NCBI GenBank assembly: GCA_951406725.2
Contig: OX597826.1
Location: forward strand, 15,934,001 to 15,998,000
Length of the DNA stretch: 64,000 nucleotides
Source: Octopus vulgaris
Lineage: Eukaryota
Direction of reading: 5' to 3'
The notes beneath the pieces are model-generated. The model saw nothing but the letters and a program-made list of their open reading frames with translations. It had not been told where the DNA came from and made no database searches. This document shows positions 28,293-43,300 of this stretch, piece by piece. The translations under genes were made by a program, and so were the position numbers. The number at the start of each line of letters is the position of its first letter. Positions within the stretch are counted from its first letter, which is position 1.

Positions 28293-31200
28293 TATTGCAG
28301 TAAGTACAGGAAACTAAGGTGTGTCTAAAAATCTATGAATTTGTGTATAAAACTTATGGTCCCTATATTTTTTTTATTTGCCTGGTATAGCAACCTGGAT
28401 ATGTTTTTGTTTATACTTCATTTTATAAAATAGCTTGGTCTGTGAGATATTTCTACACCCGAATCGAGAAAAAAAACAGCTTCCTAGAACTGTTCCTAGG
28501 AGCAATTACGCTACAAGAAATGTCCAAATGTCTTGATTCGATCGAAGAATATTTTCCCTTATATATACATTTCTTGTCAAACATATAATTTTATGTACTT
28601 TGCTATGAATATTTTCTGCCATTATAAGCTTGTAAAAACTATGGTTTTTACTTGTATCTAAGATTTATTCTATTTCCTCAGATCTACAACTTATTTCACT
28701 TTATACTATCAGTTGTGTAAGAAAAGATTCTTTGCTTTAATCTACACTTGAAGAATCAATAAAATAATCTTTATCTCACACGATTCAAAATGTTCCTCTC
28801 ATTATAGGTATTCATGTTTATGCGTTCATCTCATATAGTTTTCGAAAGTGATATCGCCATCAAAAGTTGAATTAATTTGGACAAACAAGAATGACACTAT
28901 GTCACCCGTATGGGAGATTGGGTCAGTGTTTAAATATTGATTCAGATGTTCTACCTACTCAAAGCCAGCTTGCATCACTCATCCATTGCTACCATTCATG
29001 AATGTTTGAATTACTTGTGATTTGTGTGCACTCCGACATTTGCCTCTTTCATTTTTATTAACGGAAAGGCCTTGACACTATTTTATAGTGATTCCGTCAA
29101 CTTATGGATACAATATGATTATTCTAGTAATTTGAAGGTATGTTCAAGAATTATGTCTACGAAAGTGTTCTAAGAATGACCTGCATACCACAAAATATGA
29201 TATAATACAATACATTTGCACCGGCACCAAATAGTAGAGACTATAAACGCTCGGCTTTTACTGCAACTGATGGTAGTTTATTTTATACCTATCTTGTGAT
29301 TTATAGCAGTATAGCTGGTTTAATCCCATATATCACTTTCGGTTATAGTTATCATTCACCATCTCCCTTTGGAAGTTGATCATGTATATTGTTCTAATTT
29401 CAGGGTTTCTCTAGTAGGTGCATCGATAAGTTTGAGAACTTATTCTGATGAGTAATCAACTGTACTGTATTTGTCGAAATTTGAATGCAATTTATTTCCA
29501 GTTTCCGACTTTTCACACTTCATTACTTTCCTATTAATACGACTTTTGGGGATGTTGGGAAAGATATTCAAATAATGTGTATCATTACGTGGTAGCGGAC
29601 CTGTAGTACATAGCATTCCTTCATCAGATGTGTTGAATGTAGATACTATATCTCAGTTGTAGGAAACAATCTAATTACCATGAAATAATGAAGGATACAT
29701 CTATTCATTTCCACATCCACATGTTAACATACTTTGCATTAATGGTTTACAGTTTAATTATCAAAATATAATATTTGCAACAGCAACCCTTGAAATTCCT
29801 AGTTAATTCGCGTTTTGTTGATATTTCAACAATTCTATAATCCTCAAATAATCCCTCTGCATAGATGCTTCTCGAACTTTTCATGCAATTCTTAGTTATT
29901 CCTTCCCTCAATTTTAATGTAATTCGCTTTCATTTAAATCTGATTTAGGACGATTTTACTTTCTCGTGTGGTTACAAGTCGACATTCCTCTGATAGGCTT
30001 ATCCAACTGCGATTGAAGTTATTTCGTAAGTACTTTTATTTCTACAATCGTTGGCGATATAAAGTGTGCAAGCTTTTATAACAAAAAATGTCTTCCGTTC
30101 ATTTTTATCTTTCATTAAATTCTTCCAAGAAAAAACTTATCTAAATTTATTCTGCTGGTCGTGATATTTTTTACTGTTAATTGCATCAATAGAGTTTACG
30201 ATACCAAATTTTTTCACACTTTCAGAAATGCAAATGAAACCTAATATCATTTTGAACTTGATACATAACAGAATATCACCAACCTTTGTAAAAAGGTGTT
30301 TGCGTATAGTATATTCATTGAGTCTGAAGCGCTTTCTTTGTTCAACTTTTGAATCACACTTGCAACTAAAAGATATGTATTATTATTAGATATTGATATC
30401 TTCCTGTGCCCTAAGAATTTTTCTCTGGTTTGCAACAACTTAACATGGGTTAGATAAACGCTTGTGGTTTATTAGAAGTGCCTGAGTTTGCTGAAGTATG
30501 CAAGGTTATATCTGTTTAATACATTGGCTTCTTCATTATAGGACATACTCAAATAGGATAACAGTGTTGTCATATATATCATGCGCGTGGATGGCCTCGA
30601 CAGGCATGAGGTCTAGCCTTCCACTCTGGCACTATATGAACTTAAGAACCACGGTTGTTAGAACCTTAGCAGTGTTAAATTCGAAGATGCTAATTAAGGG
30701 GAAAAGGTTTCTTACACTATTAGACTTTGCCGAAAGAATAATAGAAGCCTACCCGATATTAATAAGAACTTTAATCATTTGCCTTGTATTCTGTAGAATA
30801 TATTTTGTAATATAGCTAGTCGTATTCTCCATTCTCATTGGATGCGGTGACATTCAGCAAGGCTTCTTAGAGCCGGTCCAATATATGAGAAACGACAAAG
30901 AAAACAAACTAGAATTCCTCCCACAACTACGACTAGAATGTTTTGTCGCTCAGTTTAACATACGTAATTAATGTAAAAACTTTCGCTAAAATACTTAATA
31001 TTGAGTAGACGCACGCTGATAGTTATCTATTCATGTTGTCAGAACTTTGCGTCTTTTATGAATCAACATAAATGGAATAAACATGACGAAGCCAATGAAA
31101 TGAAAGTAACCATAAATGTAAGTTATCGACCCAGCTGACTGATTTTATAATGAGCAATGCCTGTTCAAAGAGATATATATAGGACTAAGCACCATGTCGA

Positions 31201-32315
31201 TAATAGCTTTTTGCCTAAAACATAGAGGAGGGCCACAGATGATGCCAAGATGAAAAAAATGTTGCCTGTTGATAAACTGTTTTAAATACCAAGAGAACAG
31301 TCCTCAAATATTCTTTAGAAATGATTACAGTATTTGGTTCAGCCCATCATCCAGCGTGGACATGCATTTTATAGCCACCATAAGAAAAGTCCTTTATCTT
31401 ACGAGATTTTATCGTAAAATCTCAATTATTCAAATGTTTCGAACATTGTTCAAAACTTTTGGTTTCGAGACTTCGTTCTCTGAATGCTTATTTATCTACC
31501 TATTTTTCACTTTATCGTAAATAGCTATACCATGTTCATGATTATAGTTCAATAAGATTTCGTCTTGTACTTTCATGGTATATGTCGAGACGTCGCGTGT
31601 TGTTCATTATGCGATCCATTCTGGAAAGTTTTACAACGACTTCGTTGTAGAGATTCTACACATTTCTGTTTAAAATTATTGGTCCGAATTTGAATCGATT
31701 GAATTAGTATTACTTAAATTTTCCTCGAATGGGGCTTTTACATGCCGAAATCTACTTGGTGTAATTGATAATTATCCCTAATTAATTAATTTCACCCTTT
31801 ATTATTACTGATAACCATATTTTATCCCAGTAAATGACCGCAGCATTTTGTCTTGGCTACACGCGGGTGGAAGGGGGCTGGTGACACAAACTTTCATTCA
31901 AACTTTGAATTTCGTGGTACTGGTCATTATAGATGATGCATTCTAGTATCTCAAAATTTAATATACAATTATTCATAATTGTGGTATCCTGCGCCGATGA
32001 GAGAAGAAGTTTGGGTAAAGTAGAATTTTCTAATTTGCTATCCTAAAACTTGATCTCGAAACGTGTAGGTATACAAAATTGCATGATAGATTGCCGTCAT
32101 TTCATTCTTTCTTTCTTACCTGTCTGTGTTTGCCTTTCAAGTGCTGTGTTTTACGATCCCCTAGTAGAAGGAATAGGCATATCTCTTTGACTGCTATTTC
32201 TAAATTCGGTGTGTTGGTGAGGCAATTCGTTGCTAAACCCTTAATTATTAGTAATTTTCCTCGAATGGGGCTTTTATAAATCTACTTTATATTGATAATT
32301 ATCATAATTAATTAA

Positions 32316-32400
<85 letters not shown>

Positions 32401-32409
32401 GAGAGAGAA

Positions 32410-33240
32410 GGAGAGGGTGCAATGAATAATCCTTCGTCGAAATTACACAAAAGTTAAAATAGCACTGGCATCTCATTTTAACATATATATTTATAAAAAT
32501 TAAATAAAAGTGTCTTGAAATAAAGAGTAAATTTATTCAATAAAATTGGCGTTGGCTTCAAGCACAGCATCCACACGAATTCGGAATTTCCTGCAATCCT
32601 TCTGAACGGTCTCCTTGTTCAAGTTGGTGAATGCTGCCATAATTCTTACTTTCAGTCCATCTTTGGTGTTACAAGGAGTTTTTTGTTAGTCTCTCGGTCA
32701 AATGCGCCTAACACATGACAGTGAAGTGGGTTCCAGGCTGGGGAGTTACATGACAAGAATTGAGGGTTGGTGTGATCGCAGAAATTGTCTGACAGCAATG
32801 ACTGGGTTGTCATGCTTGGGTGTTATTGTGCAGAGACCTTTTGCCAGACAGAGGGTCTTCCAGCAGCCACCTTCGTGACCCAGGGCAGCTACCTTCGTGA
32901 CCCAGGGCAGCTACCTCATGCAGATACTTGGAAAAGGCCACCGTGTTAAATGTGAGTCCGTGTGGGATGATGCATGGATGTATACCGTCGCCATCTCTAG
33001 TGAACACAATGATGTTCAGTGGATGTTTCATCGTTATGATTATTGGTACCTGTTCGTATTGGAGTTTCTGGCACGAATGCCAAGCAGTACAGCATGCCGT
33101 ATCCAAATTTCTGGCGGAGTGAATTGCGTCATGGTGCTGTGTCTCTCACAGTCGGTCCCCAACTGACCCTACAGTACTCTTTAGTCGACAAAATCAAAAA
33201 CAAACAATCAGCATGTGTAACATAAAAAGATAGAATGGCG
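32410..33240 (-). mobile_element. Decayed Tc1/mariner-superfamily (maT/DD37D-like) transposon
   Basis: Minus translation ..NSPAWNPLHCHVLGAFDRETNK..PCNTKDGLKVRIMAAFTNLNKETVQKDCRKFRIRVDAVLEANANFIE*. Confidence 0.8.
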
Positions 33241-34088
33241 ACAATTTATCCATCGGAGTATGCATAAAATAAGTTTAGCTTTATCCTCCCCATTCTTATA
33301 AATAACATGTAGATATTTAACTCGCTTAGTGTGCACCAAACCACACTTCTGCATATGTTTATATTTTCGTGGATGCTTGCATGAGTGAGAGTACACTCGC
33401 TAAGCAGTTTGTGTGAGGTCGATTATGCATCCATATCTCTTAACGGTTATTTCTTATATTTTTCTCGCTGTATTGCCTATTCGTTTCTTTTTTGTATCTG
33501 TGGTTTTATTTTTGAGATATTTCCGTCATTTTGCTGAATTTTTTCTCAATGAAATATGAAGATACTGCTATTTTAACGAATTGTATTTGCGCCACAGAAG
33601 ATAGATAATGAAACTTTTTCATACAGCAATGTGGACGCAAAACACATTCATACACAAGCGGAAGCGTGGCGTCAGGCTATTGTATGTATTTATTGTATAT
33701 ATTTATATTGTATGTATTTATATATCTTACATGAAAAGAAGCATCGATGATTTACCATTCAGCAGGCATTAACTCTACAGAAAGTGTATATTGTTCCAAC
33801 ACAAATATTCAGTTGACCATTTAACATAAAATAATATATCTCTGCCTAGCAATCCAACGTCGTATTGTGTGAAAAAATTATTTTTGAAATATCGATTTCT
33901 TCAAAATTGGCATAAGACCAATGTTTATATGAGAGGAAGAATAGCCAATTGAATGAAATACAATACAGTATTGGTAATTATGTTATCAGGTGACTTAAAA
34001 CCAGTAATGAGAGATACGGAATAAAAATTAAGCCTCTAGCTTTTCAGTTCTTGAAATGATATTCAGAAACACGTACTGGTTGTTGGTG

Positions 34089-34119
<31 letters not shown>

Positions 34120-34129
34120 ACTCACACAT

Positions 34130-34160
<31 letters not shown>

Positions 34161-34254
34161 CACACTCATTCATATACGAGCATATAAAAATAGATGTGAG
34201 ATGTTTGTATAAACAAGCTGAACACGCGTGTTTTGTATGTATATATTTATATAC

Positions 34255-34302
<48 letters not shown>

Positions 34303-34317
34303 GTATTTATATATACA

Positions 34318-34381
<64 letters not shown>

Positions 34382-34782
34382 TGTATGTATGTATGTATGT
34401 ATGTATGTATATAACGCACGCAGTATATCTTGCCTTAATTGTGATTTCTTTGTTTACATAAAAATCAGTATTCTGCGATGAAATACTTAGAACAAGAGGT
34501 AATCATTCAGTACGCGTTTTTTTTCAAACTTTTCTTTTGATGTTTTTCAAACCTATTCCCATTTCTGTTAACGCCATCTACACCACCAAATCTCACATAT
34601 AGCAGGATTGCATTCGTAAACAATTCCACAGCCATCTTAAATGACATCGTTTGCGTCTTATTCTTGTGAGTTTACTACAGAATATATTTCTCCAGACTTC
34701 TCACAACAGGGGAACCGATATAAAGTGTTACATTTATCAACATTATTATCAGATTTACTATATTTATACAGCTAATAAATCT

Positions 34783-34981
34783 AGGAGCTGGCAGAATCGT
34801 TAGGACGCCGGGCAAAATGCTAAGCGGCATTTCGTTCGTCTCTATGTTCTGAGTTCAAACCCCCGAGGTGGACTTTGTGTTTCATCCTTTCGGATTTGAT
34901 AGAATAATTACCACTGGGATCGCTGTAATCGACTTATCCGCTTCCCAGAAATCTCTTGCTTTGTACTAAAATTTTAAATCA
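34783..34981 (+). mobile_element. tRNA-derived SINE (Nin/Deu-like family)
   Basis: GAGCTGGCAGAATCGTTAG...GAGTTCAAAC...TTTCATCCTTTCGG. Confidence 0.85.
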
Positions 34982-35944
34982 GTATTTACACAGCTAACGT
35001 CAATGATATCCATTAGATAAAAATGCAGTGAGCCTTCACCACCTACTATTTTTTAATAATAGTATATGAAGGTCGTTTAGATATGTGCCTATATTACTGA
35101 CGTTATTTTCAAGCTTATGACTTTATGACTTTCTCATATATCTGCCCTAATGTTATAGCGATACCCTCAATAAATATCATGTGGTATAACCTTTATCACA
35201 ATGGTGCAATACTGTACTAAACGCCTGTTTATTTACGCAGGAGGTTTGTAGTAATTTTATGAGGATTCACCTACTGTTTCGCACATCATTAAAATTTGGT
35301 GAACTGAGCTAATAGGCCCCACATTACTGATACTTCGACAGGAGACCTGACATGCTTTCAAATCTCCCACACCTGTATTTAAATTAAAAATATATAGTGC
35401 ATTTCCATTTGGCAAGTAAATCCCAGCTTTGAAGATTTATAACGTATAAGCGGGCGCTATGCACTTTTATCAGCAGAAGTAGCGTTCGTGGAAATTGTCA
35501 GGTGTGAGTACTGAGGGAATTAGTTTGAAATTATGTTGACGTGAGAAAGGATTAGTGAGACTTATAAAACAAGACATTTACTTGCTATTGAAGCTTTTTA
35601 CAAACCGACCAAATTATACTGAAAAAGATTGAATATTCCCAATCAGTTGTATTTCTGTTTGCATGAAAGTATTTTGGGATTAAGGATCAAACTCGCAGCT
35701 GAGAGATATTATTTCTAATTGCACCTAAATAAGATCCGAATGACTAGGTTTATTCAATATTGGCAAAGAGTGCAAAGCTGCCAAGCACGAAATTCTCAAA
35801 ATTTTCAAAGGGAAAATTTTCGAAAGGAACCGATATATATTTAAACAATAAAACAGTAATAGTAATAATAAAAAATTGCTGCTACTTATTTTTCGGATGC
35901 TTAAAAGATTAGAGACAAATAAACTCATTTACCAAAACTCAATA

Positions 35945-36360
35945 TATATTCTCCCAGCATGTTGGTCCATTTTTTTTTTTGCTGATTTCCTTCACTTTCC
36001 TAACTGAAATGATTAGTTCTGCCTGTTTTGGACAGACTACTGTTTGTTTCAGTTCTTGCAACCATTCAGTATCCTTCTTGTGCTCCTTGTCTTTGCTCCA
36101 CATGTCAATCCAAAACCTTTGACTTTCAATGCTATCTGGTATCAACTTTTCATTTGTACACTCTCCATTTATTTCTTTATAGAATCTCTTCTGATGTATT
36201 CTGAACAACCTCTTCTGGTGGTAACCCTTCTTTCTTTGGTCGTATCTTATCATCTTTGCTTTCTTTGCAACGAGTCGTTGTTTCAGTTCTTCTACTACTA
36301 CTTTCAAACATTTAAAAAACAAATTAAATTTCCGTTTCAGCGCCCTGTATTTTTGTTCGC
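35945..36360 (-). mobile_element. R4/Dong-like LINE pre-RT fragment
   Basis: EELKQRLVAK..RYDQR..QKRFYKEI..SQRFW.DMWS...EWL; homologous to 57640-57880. Confidence 0.8.
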
Positions 36361-36364
36361 ATTT

Positions 36365-37732
36365 AAGCTCCCGCAGCTCTGCGTGCCTTGGGTATCTGCT
36401 GTGGTTTGTTTTTGTGCTCTTATGGCTACTGCACTGAAAGTGTTTTACGTTGGATGTTTGCGGTGTCTATTAGTGCTATTTCCTGTGTGCTATATATACT
36501 TGTTAATCCTGGCGCTTTTGTTATATATTTATCTGAGTATTTTTTATCATACCTACTGCCCTTATTATGATAGGAATTGTTTCTGTTTTTAGACTCCGCA
36601 TTCGATTTACCTGTACTTCCAGATCTTTGTATTTTGATATTTTCTATATTCCCTTTAGAGAAACGGTGTTATCTGTTGGTATTGATACTTCGATTTGAAA
36701 GCATTTCTTTTTTCTTGATCTTCTCTGACAACTATATCCGGCCTATTGGCCTTAATTTCTCTATTTGTATGTATTGGCATATCTAACAGTATTGTTGCTT
36801 TCTCATTTCCTGTAACCTTTTCGGACGTGTGCCTATGTCATTACTTTTCTGTTGTTATTCCATAGTGTTGGCATAGCTTCCAGTATATATAGATCCTAAC
36901 TCTGTCGCGTCTGTGTATGTACTTCTTCTTAGCCAGGACTGGGCGGCCAGATACATATTCTGAAGTTACTTGTTATGTTTCATTTCATTATATGTTTTTG
37001 GCAATTTCTTATGGGGAGGCTTTGGTATTGTGCTGCAATTAAAAGTCCTTCAGTCTATGCTTTGAGTTCTGAGCTTCTTAAATATTGTTGGGATTTTGCT
37101 TAGTCTATTTCTTTTGCTTTTCGTTTAACCCAGCTTTCATGCTATCATTTTATCATGCTCCGCTGCCGTTTTAGTTTTAGTTTAGATTTCACGTGTTTTA
37201 CAGCTGTGTCTTCTTCTTCTTCATACTTTTTAGGTAGTATGACTTGCTTTTGTAGTCGTCAGCTTCCTTAAAGTGATTATTTCTATTAGTTTTCCTTGCT
37301 CCTGAAGTAGGCATTTTTGTCGTCCTATGATAGTTATTTTGTAATAGTTTTCTAGTTGTATAAGGCCTGCATCACTTTTCTATACGTCGCAAATATATAT
37401 ATAACCTTTCTATATTAGATTTTGGGTGGTCCATCCTAAATACTGTCACCATTTTGTTGTTTTCCGGTGTAATTTGAGTAGTTCATTTAGTCCAGTTAAG
37501 GATACCGTAGCTGTAACATATAACTAGGACACCTGAAATGTTGATACCTATTATCTTGTTTTTCGCATTGAGCTCTGTTTTCATTATTACTCTAACTCAT
37601 CTATAGTATTCCCTTTTTATTTTCTCTTTCATTTGTGTGTCGTATCGTACCTTCATTATTGATTCCTAAGTATTTGTATGTCTGGCTTTGATCCAATTCT
37701 CTTACTTCATTTGCTTTATCTAGCGTGATGTC
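36365..37732 (-). mobile_element. R4/Dong-like LINE 3' half, decayed
   Basis: TYKYLGI, MKTELNAKNKIIGIN, IEVSIPTD, SKYKDLEV; 3' UTR similar to 18270-18357. Confidence 0.85.
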
Positions 37733-37751
37733 GTTATATTATTATTATTAT

Positions 37752-37869
37752 TAGTAGTAGTAGTAGTAGTAGTAGTAGTAACAGCAGCAGCAGTAGTAGT
37801 AGCAGTGGTAGTAGCAGCAGCAGCAGTAGCAGCAGTAGCAGTATTAGTAGTAGTAGTAGTAGTAGTAGT

Positions 37870-37901
<32 letters not shown>

Positions 37902-37914
37902 TAGTGGTAGTAGT

Positions 37915-37991
<77 letters not shown>

Positions 37992-37993
37992 AA

Positions 37994-38031
<38 letters not shown>
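37752..38031. repeat. Compound (TAG)/(CAG) microsatellite
   Basis: Direct inspection. Confidence 0.95.
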
Positions 38032-38032
<1 letters not shown>

Positions 38033-38040
38033 AAGAAAAA

Positions 38041-39665
38041 TCAACAACAAGAACGAGCCATGTAAGTCTGCTCATAGGGATTTCGCGCAAGTTAGAAGTA
38101 TGCGAAGATACTTTTATCATGGAAAATGTTTGAGGAATATCAACGAATATATTGGAGGAATATGAGAGAAATGTGGCACTGAATATTCCTAGATATATCC
38201 AGCAAAAAATAATTAGTGGACAGTTCTTTCTAAAACACTAGTAGCAAAAGTATAAAATACGCTAGCAAAATGAAGAAAAATTACGATCAGTTTGGAAGAG
38301 AAAAACTATATAGTAAGGGGTAAAGCTATATAGTAAGGGAAGTTTTGCATCAGAGGAGGCTGCTAAAAATCACTCAACAGCCACCTTAACGAGTGAGGAA
38401 CTCATCATCATCCCCATATGCCTTAGCCGAAGAGTAGTGGCTGCAAGAATACTAGATATACCATCAGAAATAAACACCTTCTAGTTAGCGGCTGTGGATC
38501 TCTTCAAAATAGAAGAGAAAGCCACAATTCTGCGGAGCCTGATAATACAGAAATAGAACGAGTTAGGACAGGATATTAATCTAGGTAGATTAGCCTTGTG
38601 TCGAGGCCATCCCAGATTTCATAAGCCTGTAGACATAACAATGCTGCACGTAGATGTTGAGGGTAGTAGGCAGAGATATCAATTGTGCGGGGAATGGGAA
38701 CTTGAACTGCGTTCCTGTTCAGGTAGACCTGGATCTCAAGATAAGGATTGCCTTCCCGGACCCAGAAGATAGGTTGGTGATGCTAGGTATGAATAGGAGC
38801 GACCGGGTGCCCTCAGACCGATGGTTGTTTATGCTTGAAAAGGAGCGGGACGGCTGGATTTTTTCAGAAAGCAGGTTTTCCTCGGGACGTACCGACCTTT
38901 ATAATTAGTGGAGAATTGGAACGTCGTTTAAGATCCATCACCAGACTGTTTGGGGTTAGCGGATAGAAGAGTAGTGATAAAAGCCACGCAAACCTGCTCA
39001 GACATTTCCAACAGTCTAACAGGTTGTTGACAAGATACGCCGGATGGGCTAATGTGGATGAGTACGTTTCGCATCGGGTCATCCAGGTAGTATTTAGGCA
39101 GGGTATTCTGTAGACCAATAAGTAAAGATTATGCAAGTTGTCCACTTTTCAAAATCGTCCGCTGCTCAGATCACAAGTCCACAAGATCGCAAGACTTCAA
39201 GATCACAATATAGGGTTAAAAGACAAGGACTCTTTAACTTGAAGTCGAACCATCACACAAAGACCGGATAAGAGAATTAGTAAAGATGGTATTGCCGGGG
39301 ACAATCGGCAACAAACAAATGATGCTAGAAAGAAGACAAAATAGAAGGTAACTTAGAAACGTAGAAGATATACTTAGGAAAAGCATTGCAACCGACGTGC
39401 AAGACGCGAGACTGACTCTGGACCAATTCTTCAACACTATGTACGAAGGTTGCATTGTAAGAGCTAAGGTGCGTGCTGTAAGACAAGAAGGAACGAAAGC
39501 CGCTCTCTGGACTCGAGTGGCAAAGGGGCAACGTGGAAACAAAGCCAGAATTTGGTCTTTCGTGAACCAAAACGTTCTCAACAGACATCAGCCCGATCAG
39601 ATGTGTGAGGCAATGCATCAGTTCTTTGCCCAAATCTGCGGGACGAATAACAGTCCGATCCACAG
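38041..39665 (+). mobile_element. Decayed L1/Tx1-like LINE (ORF1 remnant, APE endonuclease, linker)
   Basis: YLGRV and SDHK endonuclease-like motifs, GCIVRAKVR linker; homologous to 51850-52830. Confidence 0.65.
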
Positions 39666-39689
39666 ACGGACTGCAACACCGAGCTTTCC

Positions 39690-40390
39690 TCTTTTGATTT
39701 GCATAATCGGCATTGTCTATTTTGACTTTTATCCAATTAGTCCTTACTGCTTGATCCTGTGCAACTACTAACAAACTTACTGTCTTCCTCTTCAGTTACA
39801 ATCAACACGCTTGTACCAACGAGTTACTAGTTTGTTTATTTCGGTGACATAAGAATCTGGAGTTCTGGAGCTGATGGACTCTTTGAACGCACTTTTAGCA
39901 TCGGCTTGACTTTTGAACGCTTTCTTTTGCAGGAAACCAACAAGGTGCTTGAAAAATTAATAGTGGGTAGGAGAAAGATCTGGGAAATAAGCTGGGTGGG
40001 AAGGAACTTCGTAGTCAAGCACCATTAAGTTCTGCAGCTTCATTAGTGAAACATGTGACCGACCATCGTTATAAAGAATGATTGGCCCTCTTCTGTTGAA
40101 TAGTTTGAGACGTAGGGTTAATAGTTTTTCCTTCATTTTGGAAATTTCATGGCAATATGTTTCTGCAGTAATGGTTTTTCTGGGTTTTAAAAAGTCATAG
40201 TGGATGGGTCAAGCAGTACACCACCAAAATATCCCCATAACCTTCTTTTTGAAGAACCCGGTCTTAGGGAAGGTTCCCGGTGCTTCATTTCGTCCAAACA
40301 CTGCGAAGAAGGTTTTTTTATTATTGTACAGAATCCACTTTTCATCGCAAGGCTCAGCTCCCCATGCGTCATGAAAATTGTGTGATAAAT
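39690..40390 (-). mobile_element. Decayed mariner (DD34D) transposase, catalytic half
   Basis: CDEKWILYN, YSPDL-like (YFPDLSPT), RW.KRVDCN across frames. Confidence 0.85.
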
Positions 40391-40822
40391 TTCACGGTCT
40401 GAAATCTAGCCAGAAGGACACAAAATTAAGAGCAAAAGTATATTTAGAAATGTGGATTGTGGATTAGCCATAAAAGTAAATGTAAAAAGTAAATGTAAAA
40501 GTAAAATAAATATCGTGCAGAATATAAGATGAAATATTTTGAAACGATACATTTTATATTAAAGTATATTAAATGACTATATCCTAACCCTTCTTTCAAA
40601 AAGCCAACCTAAGTTTTACAAAGTTGCCTAATTATTTAGCACTTAATAAAGCATCTACTTCACTGAAAATAAAATTAAGGCTACAGTTTATAACATTCTA
40701 AGTTTTTTTCAAAGACAGGATTTAAACTGAATGTTTTCTTATATTAAAGATAATATTCTAAATTTACATTCAATTTCAATTTAAAATTGAAATGTTTTAC
40801 ATGAAATTGGGCAAATTATAGA

Positions 40823-41190
40823 ACCAGTAATAATAATGAATGTCTTAAATTTTGGTACAATAGAAGAAACTCAGGATGCGGGTGTAGATAGGAACAACCT
40901 CAACACGCCACAGGTACTCTCTGTTATCGACGTCAAAATGTTAAAAGGCAAATGCTACCAAGGGGAGGTTTGAACTCGAAAGACAAACAGCCGGAACGAC
41001 TACAGCAAACCAGTAATAATAATGTCTTAAATTTTGGTACAAGAGAAGAAAATCAGGATGCAGGTGTAGATAGGAACAACCTCAATGCGCCACAGGTACT
41101 CTCTGTTATCGACGTCAAAATGTTAAAAGGCAAATGCTACCAAGGGGAGGTTTGAACTCGAAAGACAAACAGCCGGAACGACTACCGCAA
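40823..41190 (-). repeat. Tandem duplication (~185 bp x2) of a decayed SINE
   Basis: ACCAGTAATAATAATG at 40823 and 41009; units near-identical. Confidence 0.9.
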
Positions 41191-42870
41191 TATATTTTGT
41201 TTTTTGCTATAATAAATTTAGCGATCCACCGGCATGCGCAATGTAAGTAGAGAATTTTAATTTTCGATATTGGTATCGATGACCTTAAAACAAAATAGAA
41301 GATAGTGTCATTGGCTCCTATTTTAAAACTATACAATTTTATTTGCTGTAATCTTTCAGCACATATCTAATAACTGGAAATATTAAAATAAATCATATAA
41401 AAGAAATCTATAATTTCCTACAAAAAGTATTATCATTTTACATGTAAAGAATATTTCTGGAATAGATTAAAGTCTTAGCTCCACAATATATCCATTCTCT
41501 ATCATGTAAAAGATAGTGATGTTGATTTCTTTCTTCCTTTCTTTTTTGTTATCTTCAACGCATAAAATTTAAAATAGGAGATGAAAGTTTGTTAATTACC
41601 GATCGAGTTTCCTTTTTCATTTAGACTATTCACTTTATGCAAATAGAAACGCTCATTAAAGTTTCCTAACTTCACCTAGTTTAGATCGTTCCTTACACCT
41701 CTCATACTCACCCACCTTCTTAATATCAATACCCTTTACATCATATCGACGCATTCTTTCAACGTATGGGTATTGTGTGTATATGTGTGTGCTTATAATT
41801 TTATGCGTATATGACGTGTGTGTTTCTGTATCAGCGCACAAACATTTGTATATGCATATGTATGTACATACATATTAATATATGTGAGTACTTAACTACA
41901 TATACGTGTGTGTATCTGTGTGTGAATTTGTGTGCAAAGAGCGAGATAGAGAGAGAGAGAGAGAGAGTAAATCGGAAAAAAGAGAGAGAGAGATTATGAA
42001 TTTGCGTGTAGTTCAGCTGTATCTGTTCTTATATGTACGTGTGGATCTGTGTATTTATGTAATTGTCAGGATATTGTGCTGTGTATGTAGATGACTTTTA
42101 ATTGCCTGTGTAATGTGTGAGATTTTGAATCTGTGTGTCTCTCTATGTATTAAGATTTGCTGTCCTATTAATATACGACCTACCGGAAATATACCACTAT
42201 ACTCGCTATGTATTTATATACGTTTCAGCCACCTATAAATCGTTTTTCTGGTATTTGTTTACTTGTACATTTAATAGTGAATAAACACGCGTACACACAT
42301 ACATACAGATACAGTCGCACACAGGCACACACATACATACAAATATGTGTGTGCCTCTACTTGCAAGATTACGAATTTATGTATGCTGCATTCCTATCGT
42401 GTCACTATGTATAAGTTGTGTACGCGTACGTTTCTAATTTCTAAATAAATAACCATGACTAAAAACGAAGAGAAAGCAACTAAATATAAAATTGTCAGTT
42501 AATTTACCATAAATATAAAATATCTCTAAGAAAAACTATAATGATGATAATATGAAAATTCGAATAATAGGAAAAATTATTAATAAAATAAGGTCCATAA
42601 ATAGATATATTAAACGATGTTTTGTAACAAACTTTTAAATGCGAATATAATATCAACCGATTGGCTTTCAATCAAATTTGTCTCTGATATTAAGTGTAAT
42701 CACATTCTTCATTGACTCGAAAACGCAGAGGGACACATCCACATATCATTATTGCATATTATGTGTGTTTGTGCGTCTACGTGTGTGTGTGTATGTGTGT
42801 GTGTGTGTGTATGGGTGGGTGGGTGTTTGTGCGTGTGTATGTGTAGAAGCTCAGTCGTGTTTTAAAACCG

Positions 42871-43300
42871 TAGGCGCAGGCACAGCTCTGTGTCTAGAAG
42901 TTTGCTGTACACCTTAGTCAACTGACTTCTGCTGTAGCCCTGCATCGACCGAAGCTTGTGAAACCGTTGATCCAGACACGTTTATTCTCTCTCTTCATTT
43001 TCCTTCCTCTCCTCATTGGTTTCTTTCATCATTCCTTTCTGTTGAAGAGCCTGAGCGTCAAACCAATACACCTGCGTGTTATTTCCTCACCTGTATCTTG
43101 TTTTTGTTTCTTTATGTGTGTGTGTTTGAGTGTGCGCGCGTCTGCGTTTGTGTTTTTGTCTCTCATCACCATTTCATAACAGATGTTAGTGTGATTAGGT
43201 CCCCGTAACTGGACAGTCTTACAAAAGAGACCGATAGAATAACAACCAGGCTTAAACTAGAATATCTCTGGTCGCAGTTCAATTGGCTGAAACAAAGCAA
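42871..43300 (+). mobile_element. Decayed SINE (second family) with a deleted family B HHR remnant near 43030
   Basis: TAGGCGCAGG head; CCTTTCTGTTGAAGAGC|CTGAGCG; tail ..AGAGACCGATAGAATAA. Confidence 0.55.

Noticed and set aside
29440-29490. CTGATGA...GAAA possible hammerhead
   Set aside because: Stem II is weak and there is no valid UH site with stem III
29580-29632. Minus-strand CTGATGA-A-GGA...TCC motif
   Set aside because: GAAA is replaced by GCTA and there is no stem I partner
31690-32320. Duplicated ~80-bp segment TTTTCCTCGAATGGGGCTTTTA
   Set aside because: Real duplication, but no LTR, ribozyme or TSD hallmarks found
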